From NCBI GenBank assembly GCA_913063285.1, contig CAJXXZ010000003.1:2317-66316 (forward strand): 64,000 nucleotides of DNA, in the 5' to 3' direction. Under the pieces are notes generated by a model that did not search any database, was not told the origin of the DNA, and worked only from the letters and a program-made list of their open reading frames with translations. Source of the stretch: an uncultured bacterium. Its GTDB lineage: Bacteria; Pseudomonadota; Alphaproteobacteria; CAJXXZ01; 1604HC. This document shows positions 28,401-35,526 of this stretch, piece after piece. Position 1 is the first letter of the stretch, and each line of letters opens with the position of its first letter. The translations under genes were made by a program, and so were the position numbers.

Positions 28401-29158
28401 TTAAAATTATTACTAATAATATAAAATTATTTTGCTCGATTTATAGAGTTATAAAAATAGAAGAAGCACAAGAAATTTTGAATAAGATTATTGGAGCAAA
28501 ATGGTTATATCCACTAAGTGATTCAAATATTCATGAACAGATTTTGAGATTAGATTCTAAAGAATTTGATAGTATGACAGAATATTTCGTTTATGAATCT
28601 ATGACTGTAGATCAGATGCTTCATTTTTATCAACTTAATGATAAAGTTCTTTCATATGTTAGTTCACGTTATAAATTTGATCTTAATATTGCACGGAATA
28701 TTAATAAATTAGAAAATCTTATTGAAAGAAGATTGGTCTATAATAAAGAAAGTTTAGAGAATCCGGTTAATATTGAAATTCGTTACAAGGCTACGGATTC
28801 TTTAAAAAAATATATTGAAAAAGAATATCAAGATAATATATCTTTCTATGATTTAGATAAGAATAAACAAAAGCAGATTTCTATTTTAGAACAACTTGCT
28901 ATTTGTATTCTAAGAAAAACTGATATTATTTTTTATAAATATAAATATTCTAAGACACTAGAGACTTATACAGAAATATATAAATTGTATAAGAAATCTA
29001 TCGAAGAATTAAGAAAATATCAAAATAAAGGCCTTGTTTTGGTATCTGGTTGTGACATTGAATATTCAATTAAACATAGAATATTATGGCTAGGTAAATT
29101 TGAAACAATGATGAAAGCATTATCTAATTCAAAACATTGCAGAATTAAGAAAATATAA
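25403..29158 (+). CDS. secreted paralog-family member D (giant, multi-module): N-domain plus three helical modules separated by Gly/Lys- and Ser/Ala/Gly/Asp-rich linkers
   Basis: I chose the ATG at 25403 (MLLQKVILCIILTSYINYA), which matches the family signal peptides; the track's 25367 start is a TTG. N-domain blocks: NTGFAD..VSVLVEVKNKDKDALAKALRLD..QKFIELII..ADKDGKILF..LQAYIDNITG. Confidence 0.85.
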   Translation: MLLQKVILCIILTSYINYAETSIKLYNSSSLPIQHQALMRDMQGKGNTGFADTLQSDKVSVLVEVKNKDKDALAKALRLDQKDMKEQKFIELIISYKEAQDLVHADKDGKILFLRDFTGDLLDANSKLRRSISTNKTTNNIEFVSIFEDTTDLDQYTRLKEKVAASDIIATLDSKGLQAYIDNITGENSANSDSTGSISYGVALLRSKLNSDHLAHAIQVQNGQHQKDKDIEKLYFVATKQDSLALQTKIADAAREYSWNAGRQFMQVIKFNASKSEFFKYYEKFIDAYYQSVLAKKNLLNASIKYLRELKNNSQATKESQNEFKKKVLRMLMQFILYCTDYQVVMPNIATLKLQYSYDDLNQDISDLILLIMNSEKEFIAFPFKTTDFDYVTINDFPENFDTEFMKYHVLFKDIIKDPKRKSEDLIQLWRLCSDFIKILPTPASGISTDDNRKFDEILDRIMRQLDTIFKRMEKNQEKYNSKGKGKGKGKGTGKGGKAAGKGDTAFAPRASASLGSDKGGKGGKGKGKGDTASWGDGRGKGGGASASWGDDAASRGRVGALNHTPLLASGRDDTLVGADHSQFDAESLQLGLDNSKSPFYTYFKQIHSSYDKIKSTADVILTKIEQGRGSYEDYKKDFIKACRESVDFTRDMLNKIDSLFYEDGYQEDQYYKYHEKHYFAALFEYTKNINIYLYATKVNNANAVKFLKKLKEIGLQFMHARAHKDFNSQKLIRDFIMINRHIRRADIDAIFHYNVLKFLLHLNNTVVSFLHTQQDEKSIEQFAKLKQLAQCVNFPTDELKYKKDDNIRKYDHNHTLRTWVKALNWSNSLYDNFDQKSDRYSASLGNGHGKGGFDALASRGPVGALNHVPLLASDRDSDVVNDDSDSSHKDSASMDGINSIKNYLSRTWRNFKGFFDNEGWKFYRASDSWDDGGDSIHRYPAQDIHRPPSSTPAFHRDVISRDHHASDFRDGANLTEDDYLTIVRGTKYFQQSEIDHAGIKIITNNIKLFCSIYRVIKIEEAQEILNKIIGAKWLYPLSDSNIHEQILRLDSKEFDSMTEYFVYESMTVDQMLHFYQLNDKVLSYVSSRYKFDLNIARNINKLENLIERRLVYNKESLENPVNIEIRYKATDSLKKYIEKEYQDNISFYDLDKNKQKQISILEQLAICILRKTDIIFYKYKYSKTLETYTEIYKLYKKSIEELRKYQNKGLVLVSGCDIEYSIKHRILWLGKFETMMKALSNSKHCRIKKI
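26848..27125 (+). repeat. low-complexity linker 1 of member D ((KG)n, SASLG, SASWGD, SRGRVGALNHTPLLASGRDD)
   Basis: Repetitive aaaggt/ggcaaaggt codons. The 3' part, about 60 nt (27062 onward), is nearly identical to 27974 onward. Confidence 0.85.
27921..28035 (+). repeat. low-complexity linker 2 of member D (YSASLGNGHGKGG...SRGPVGALNHVPLLASDRDSD), a copy of part of linker 1
   Basis: tcagcttctttgggta... and gcttctcggggac.tgtgggtgctttgaatcat..ccatt.cttgcatctg.tagaga are shared with 26934 and 27062. Confidence 0.85.
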
Positions 29159-29262
29159 AAATAAAGGCCTTGTTTTGGTATCTGGTAATAACATTAAAGA
29201 TTTAATTAAACATAGAATATGTGTGGCAAGATAAATTTTAACAAATGATGAAAAAATAATCA
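29009..29262 (+). repeat. tandem duplication of about 125 bp spanning the 3' end of member D; the second copy (29140-29262) is decayed
   Basis: attaagaaaatatcaaaataaaggccttgttttggtatctggttgtgacattgaatattcaattaaacatagaatat... recurs as attaagaaaatataaaaataaaggccttgttttggtatctggtaataacattaaagatttaattaaacatagaatat... Confidence 0.85.
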
Positions 29263-29304
29263 TCTAATTTTAAACCTGATGTTCCTGCTCAATCTACAGA
29301 TATA

Positions 29305-30060
29305 TTGAAATCAACGCTTGAATTAACTGATGAGGTATTTCTTCAAATTGCTAAACAAAGTTCATATGTTGTGGAGGAAAATATACAGAGTGAGGAATTT
29401 CTCAAAAGGATTGCTAATAATATAAAAGTCTTTTTCGATACTTATGCAGGTATTGCACAAGAAGAAGCACAAGACATTTTGAATAAGATTATTGGCCAAG
29501 AATGGTTAGGCAAATTATTATCTAATATAGATATTCATAAACAGATTTTTATGTTACCATATGAAGAATTTATTGATATAAAATTAATTTTAAGAGATAG
29601 TTTAATGTACGAAGCTCAATATACACATGAAATTCCACATATTAATGAACTGAATAAAAGTCTTATTAACAATATCAGTAAGATTGACAATCAAGATCAA
29701 AGTGAATATTTTATCTTACCAAACATGAGTCTTTTTATAGGTGATATAAACAATTTTTTCTTAGAATATTTATCAGTATTGTCAGTAGATGTTGTTAGGA
29801 ATATTAATCAAACTAATCTCAGTATACTAGCATTTATATATGATCAATTGTTGAACAATGAAATGGATGATGATCTTTTATTATATATATCGCAATGTAT
29901 TAAAAGACAATGTATTGCTCAATACACTCTATATCGGAATGGAGATATAGAAGAAGCTGAATTTATTGAATTTGCTAAATGGTCATTACAAGAATTAGAA
30001 AAAACCATTCTTCTGATGAAAAAGATAAGAGAGATATTCAAAGATTCATTGATGAGATAG
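29305..30060 (+). CDS. orphan C-terminal module paralogous to residues about 960-1263 of member D; it has no signal peptide or N-domain and may be a gene remnant or cassette
   Basis: TTG start only, with no family promoter module upstream. NNIKVFFDTYAGIAQEEAQDILNKIIGQEWLGKLLSNIDIHKQIF matches NNIKLFCSIYRVIKIEEAQEILNKIIGAKWLYPLSDSNIHEQIL in D. The remainder has diverged. Confidence 0.45.
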   Translation: MKSTLELTDEVFLQIAKQSSYVVEENIQSEEFLKRIANNIKVFFDTYAGIAQEEAQDILNKIIGQEWLGKLLSNIDIHKQIFMLPYEEFIDIKLILRDSLMYEAQYTHEIPHINELNKSLINNISKIDNQDQSEYFILPNMSLFIGDINNFFLEYLSVLSVDVVRNINQTNLSILAFIYDQLLNNEMDDDLLLYISQCIKRQCIAQYTLYRNGDIEEAEFIEFAKWSLQELEKTILLMKKIREIFKDSLMR

Positions 30061-30172
30061 GTAATTTAGAGTTGGAGGCAGAAGTTACATTAAGTTCACA
30101 ACTTAAAGCATAACTTTTAATTAATAAGCTGAAATATATTTGTCTAAAGATGATCATAAAACATTGAATAAA

Positions 30173-30200
30173 TTGACTTTTAAGACATATTGTATATAAT
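30173..30200 (+). promoter_or_regulatory. candidate promoter of member E: TTGACT-N16-TATAAT, ATG 10 nt downstream
   Basis: ATAAATTGACTTTTAAGACATATTGTATATAATATTTTTATACATG; no SD. Confidence 0.4.
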
Positions 30201-30210
30201 ATTTTTATAC

Positions 30211-32112
30211 ATGATCATACATAAAATATTATTTTATATAATTTTAATATTTTATACTAACTACAATAACGCAAAATTCTCACTTAAATTTCATAAATTT
30301 AGCACACCTACAGATTCAATTTTGATGCGTAGTATGAAGATGAGGAATGGTATTGGTTTTGCTTATCTTGATCAACTTGGTAAAGTTCGTGTATTTATAA
30401 AAATTAATGATGATGACAAAAATGATCTTGCAAAATTCTTAAATATAGATGTATCACTTCTTAAAGAAAGAAAATTTGCAGAGCTGATTATGGATGTCGC
30501 ACTAGCAGAAAATTTTGTAAAATTGAATGAAAAAGGTCATGTTGCTTATATGGAGAACTTTATGTCTGATCTCATCAGCGAAAAAAGTAAATTACGAATG
30601 AGTATAGATATAAATAGTGTAAAAACTAATTTGAATAAGCATGAAAATGTTAAGAAAGATGTTGTGACATCATATATGATGAATTCACTTGATGATATCA
30701 AGCTTCAAAAATATCTTGAAAATATCACAGGTTCTGATACAGTAAGTATTTATGATAAAGGACCTATTTTTCATGCTAAGCATATTTTACAAATTACAAT
30801 GAATGCTGATGATTTACATGATGTAGAGAAAATTAGTAAATTTATTGAAGAAAGTGACATAAATGATAATGATACTATTGAAGCTATTGTTAAAAATAGG
30901 CCTAAAAGTGAAAGTATTGATCTTTATTTAAAAAATATCGAACTTTTTTTTGAGCAATATGAAGGTCTGCCAAGTGAGGTTTTAGAAAAAATTATGAGTC
31001 AAGATTGGGCTAAAAGGCCTTTGACTGCTGATTATATTCATCAAGAAATTTCTTTAAATCACGATTCATTTAATGATTTAATTTATTATGCAAAAGATAT
31101 AAAAGCTATAGCATTGATTAATAAGAAAGCTGCTGAAGAGATTAGAAAAAGTCTTGAGCAAATCTCTAATCAAGTTGCTAATTCTGAGACAAGAAATAAA
31201 ATATATAAAAGCATGCTTACTTTGCAAAAAATAGGCAATTTCACTGAAGCTCTTTTTGAAAAAGCTAAAAAATCTTATGAAAAGGCCAGTTCAGATCAGG
31301 AAAAAACTAATTTTTATCTAGTTATGCAAAATATTTTTCAAACTCTTGAGGAAGTATATAAAGCTTATGAAATTTTTGTTCAGTTAAATTCAGATTATTT
31401 TGATTCAGAAGTAGATATGCAAAAGCATCATATTAATTTTAATTTAAAGCGTGCTTTAGATATTATACAAGCTACTAAAATTTACAGAGAATTTATTACG
31501 AAGTATATAACTTATTATGATACTTTAGTAGCTTTAGGTATAGATACAGATAAAATAGATAGAGAAAAATTAAATAGTGTTGCTCAAGATCGTCTAAATA
31601 CAGCTATTTCAAAGAGTGTTGATATACTTGCTAAGTTGAATGAGCGAGATGTCAATATTCAAGATGTTATTGTTCCTGTTGAGATGCTTTATAAATATAT
31701 TACAGATATTAAAAATAGTATTAAAAAAGTTTATGGTCTACTCGATGATATAAATAAGAATTTTGTAAATACAGATTCTGATGAAGTTAAAAAATCTCTA
31801 AATGAAGTTAAAAGATCTCTAGAAGATATTAAATATCTTTTATCAAGTTATACATCACAATGTATATTTTATACTAATGCAGTTGATTTTACTGAATTGT
31901 TTAAAAAGAATTCTTCTAATAAATCTTATCAGAATATTAAATCGCTTTGTGAAATTATTAAAAATATTCTTGATATTGATAAGCAGAAGGCTGAAGAAGA
32001 TTATAACCAATGTCAGAAGAGATATAGTAAATATAGGACAAAGTATTATAAATCTAAGAAAGTAACCTTTTCTGATTATGATGAAGTCTTTTCCATACAA
32101 AAAAATATTTAA
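30211..32112 (+). CDS. secreted paralog-family member E
   Basis: I chose the ATG at 30211 (MIIHKILFYIILIFYTNYNNA); the track's start is a TTG at 30190. N-domain blocks: GIGFAY..VRVFIKINDDDKNDLAKFLNID..RKFAELIM..LNEKGHVAY..LQKYLENITG. Second module: NIELFFEQYEGLPSEVLEKIMSQDW. Confidence 0.85.
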   Translation: MIIHKILFYIILIFYTNYNNAKFSLKFHKFSTPTDSILMRSMKMRNGIGFAYLDQLGKVRVFIKINDDDKNDLAKFLNIDVSLLKERKFAELIMDVALAENFVKLNEKGHVAYMENFMSDLISEKSKLRMSIDINSVKTNLNKHENVKKDVVTSYMMNSLDDIKLQKYLENITGSDTVSIYDKGPIFHAKHILQITMNADDLHDVEKISKFIEESDINDNDTIEAIVKNRPKSESIDLYLKNIELFFEQYEGLPSEVLEKIMSQDWAKRPLTADYIHQEISLNHDSFNDLIYYAKDIKAIALINKKAAEEIRKSLEQISNQVANSETRNKIYKSMLTLQKIGNFTEALFEKAKKSYEKASSDQEKTNFYLVMQNIFQTLEEVYKAYEIFVQLNSDYFDSEVDMQKHHINFNLKRALDIIQATKIYREFITKYITYYDTLVALGIDTDKIDREKLNSVAQDRLNTAISKSVDILAKLNERDVNIQDVIVPVEMLYKYITDIKNSIKKVYGLLDDINKNFVNTDSDEVKKSLNEVKRSLEDIKYLLSSYTSQCIFYTNAVDFTELFKKNSSNKSYQNIKSLCEIIKNILDIDKQKAEEDYNQCQKRYSKYRTKYYKSKKVTFSDYDEVFSIQKNI

Positions 32113-32332
32113 TTTTTTACAGATAAATTTTATATTTTAGAAACACTGACTCGACTTTTTTAAAGCCTACTGCTTTATACATGACATCAAAATTTAAAGA
32201 ATAACATGAAATATCTTCTTCAATATTAATTTATAGCCTGTTTAAGCTAAATGGTGGTTGAACTACCTTTCTTTACTGTTATCACTACAGCTAATTTTAA
32301 AGTTATTTTTAATCTATATATCAAAAAATCAA

Positions 32333-32360
32333 TTGATATTTAAAAAATATGTCATATAAT
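32333..32360 (+). promoter_or_regulatory. candidate promoter of member F: TTGATA-N16-TATAAT, ATG 10 nt downstream; overlaps the palindrome ATCAATTGAT
   Basis: TCAAAAAATCAATTGATATTTAAAAAATATGTCATATAATATATTTATATATG. The first 17 nt are identical to the member G upstream region. Confidence 0.4.
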
Positions 32361-32370
32361 ATATTTATAT

Positions 32371-34539
32371 ATGATACAAAAAATAATACTGTGTATGATT
32401 CTTACCTCATATGCACGTGTTACTGAACATACCTTGTATAAAAAAAATGCAGGGAATTCCACAGACAGATTTGTAATGCAAACTTTAAAAAGTAGAGGTC
32501 ATGCTGGATTTGCTCATGTCAAAGATGATGATCAAGTAGATGTTCTTATGACAATACAAGATGATGATCAAGATGTTCTTGAGAGAGCTCTGAGATTTAG
32601 TAAAGAAGAGCTTAATGAAAGCGAATTTATAAAATTTACTCTAAATCGTGAGTTAGCAAAGAAATTTATTAAAACAGATAATAATGGAAGAAAAATTACT
32701 GGTTTTAAAAATCTAATGGATGCTCTTAGAAACAAAGATAGTGATTTAATGAATATTTTACAAAGCTCTCCTAAATCTATAAGAAGTTTAGATCATATTC
32801 AAGATCAGAGTGAAAAAGAACAAAAAATTATGGAAGCAGGTTTTATTGATACATTTGATGCACGTGAACTTCAGAGACATATGAAAAATTTAACTAACTT
32901 TGATTTTGATACATATACAGACGGAGATATTCCAATATCAGATTTTTTTGCAAAATCGATTGATTTGAAGCGAATTGATAAAAATTATGAGTAGGTTCGA
33001 CAAAAAGCATTGCAGTTGAATGAAGGAAACAGAAAAATATTTATTAATAATAGAAAACCGCTTATGATTATGTGGAAATATTTAGACAAAAATGAGATAG
33101 ATGCAGTTTTGACTAAAGCAAGAGATATGGGTATAGATAAAGAGCAAATAAAATTTTCTGATATTGTTTCTGCTATGTTTAGTATTAGTCAAAATCAAGA
33201 ATCACCTCATGAGGAAACAGAAATACCAGCAATACCAGTAACACCAGCAGCTTCTCGAGGTGAAGTGCCAACTACAAGATCAGCAGAAGAAGGTGTAGGT
33301 ACTGATCTTATGAGTAAATTTTATAGCAGGATTCAACAATCTGTAGAGAATTTTGCATCTATTCTCTCTGAACTTTCACGCTCTAGTCTTGACATAATAT
33401 CTAAAGCTCTACAATCTTCACATTTCATAAATATAAAACAGTTTATTAATGCATTAAAATGTATAGATGTGATAAAAAGTCTGGAACAAAATGTTATAAC
33501 TGCTAGAGAAGATACAGATGAAGAATCTGAAGAAATTACACAGAATAATGATAATTTTGAAAATAAATTAAAAAAAGTATTTTTAGATTCAAAAGAGAAT
33601 ATACAAAATTTCGTACAATCGCTTATAAAGTATGAAGCATTAAGTTTTGAAGAGTTTAATATAATTATTGATTTCTTATTATATTTTTCTCATTATATAA
33701 TAGAAGATGAAACAATTCAAGATGAAAGCTTTGTAGAGCGAATTCATATAGATATCATATCGGCATTGTGTAATACAGAGTTCTTTCAGGGTAAAGAATT
33801 GAGCAAATTGAATGTTGATGAGAAAAGTAAATTAACTGGTATGATCAAATCATATCTAGATAAATTGACACAAATGTTGATGCACAAATATTCATGTGAA
33901 TGTAATGATATTTATGATGGATGGGAGCTTCGAACGCATAGCAATGATCCGAAAGTTCATTTTATTATACATTTAGAAAATATTAAGAAGATTATATATA
34001 CTCTAATACATCCTCATTTTCTCATAAACAATTTCATTCCAAAAATAGAAAAATTGAAGAATGATTATACATCACTGCAAAATGTACAAGGTATGTTAGA
34101 AAAGGACAAACAACAAAATACTGAATTAGAAGAAAAATTCACAGATATTGCAAATATGGTAATATCTTATCTAGAACGCATTAGTGGTGTACAAGTATCT
34201 ACTCATGCTTCAGATGCAAGACCTACTACTCCTGATTTAGTTGCAAGTGCTGTTATTCCTCCAAGATCTGCTGGACCATATCTAGAAACTACCCGTTATC
34301 CAGTTGCAGGAATTGGTGTTGGTTCTCCAGCTGCAAGACCTACTACTCCTGATTTAGTTGCAAGTGCTGTTATTCCTCCAAGATCTGCTGGACCATATCT
34401 AGAAACTGCCCGTTATCCAGTTGCAGGAATTGGTGTTGGTTCTCCAGTTGCAAGACCTGCTGATTCTGCTTCAGCTGCAAGACCTAGCCCTACTTCAGCT
34501 GAAAGACCTGGTCTCCTGCACAAGTTTCAAGAAATCTAG
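32371..34539 (+). pseudogene. secreted paralog-family member F, one reading frame interrupted by a single in-frame TAG at 32995-32997 (listed as ORFs 32371..32994 and 33010..34539)
   Basis: Both ORFs are in the same frame (coordinates equal 1 mod 3) and are separated only by TAG plus 4 sense codons. The first ORF carries the signal peptide and N-domain (HAGFAH..VDVLMTIQDDDQDVLERALRF..SEFIKFTL..TDNNGRKI..LQRHMKNLTN). The second carries the variable part and a Pro-rich repeat tail. Confidence 0.7.
34216..34500 (+). repeat. 117-bp (39-aa) in-frame tandem repeat, 2 copies plus a partial third: ARPTTPDLVASAVIPPRSAGPYLETTRYPVAGIGVGSPA
   Basis: Units start at 34216 and 34333 and are almost identical. 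A degenerate third begins near 34450 (ARPADSASAARPSPTSAERPG). Confidence 0.9.
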
Positions 34540-35492
34540 CAGCAGGAGGATTAGTCTATGATCAAGTTGAAAGAGGCCCTATACATGCCAGATTGATAAG
34601 AGGTGAGCAGGAAAGATATTTAGCTAGTGTATTATCTTCAGATTCATAATTCGACATTGTCGTATAAGATTAAGAAGATAGAGTAGATGTTCTTTAGCAA
34701 GTGTCTAAATTTTATTTTTAACAATATTATGTGGAAGGATAAGAAGGAAATAGCAATGAAAATCTATTCAGATATAACTCAGCATTATAACTTAGCATTA
34801 AATCTTTATTTGAAATTTATCAATATAAGTCATATTCCTATAATAGACTCTCTATACTTTATAACTTAGTAAATATTAATTATTTAATTAAGTCTGATTA
34901 AGCTCAATATTTTATAGCAGCAACACAAGAAAATTTTAGAGAATTGATTTTTTTACACTGCCTTAAGGTTGATTAAAGCATAAATGAAAAACTTAAAGAT
35001 ATACTATTAATATAATTTATGATAATTTCATTCAAAAATATGTAGATACGCTTAAAACTCTTAATGATATATGAATATGATATTTTTCTATTTTTTCAGC
35101 AAATTGGAAATTTTATTTCAAATCTTTATTTGATAATATAAAATTAAACTAATTCTATCTATAAGTCATTTTTCATATATATATATTATTCTTATAATCA
35201 ATAATAAAAAACTTAGATTATTTATTAAATAATATAAATTATATCTTATCTTATTAAAAAAATAGACCTAATTTATAAAATATAGAAGCTCAGAACATAA
35301 AGTTGACTGAGATATAGATTATAAGAATTTATATCATAAAGGTTTAATGCCTATATTTTCTAAAGATTTAGATCAAGCGTCTGATTATTTAGATACAGAT
35401 GATGATAATTTTGACTTATATCACTATATTCAGCTTGATTTTTAACAGTTATCATGATTATTTAAAATTTAAATATAAATTCAAAAAATCAA

Positions 35493-35520
35493 TTGATTTT
35501 TAAAAAAAAATCTATACAAT
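35493..35520 (+). promoter_or_regulatory. candidate promoter of member G: TTGATT-N16-TACAAT, ATG 6 nt downstream; overlaps the palindrome ATCAATTGAT
   Basis: TCAAAAAATCAATTGATTTTTAAAAAAAAATCTATACAATATAAATATG. Transcription starting the usual 6-8 nt after the -10 hexamer would begin at or next to the ATG. Confidence 0.4.
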
Positions 35521-35526
35521 ATAAAT

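Noticed and set aside
31855-32100. ORFs 31855..32100 (-) and 31877..32065 (+) at the member E 3' end
   Set aside because: They are embedded in member E and have chance AT-rich composition.
34687-34869. 60-aa ORF in the F-G spacer
   Set aside because: AT-rich chance ORF with no SD, no promoter module and no similarity to neighbouring genes.
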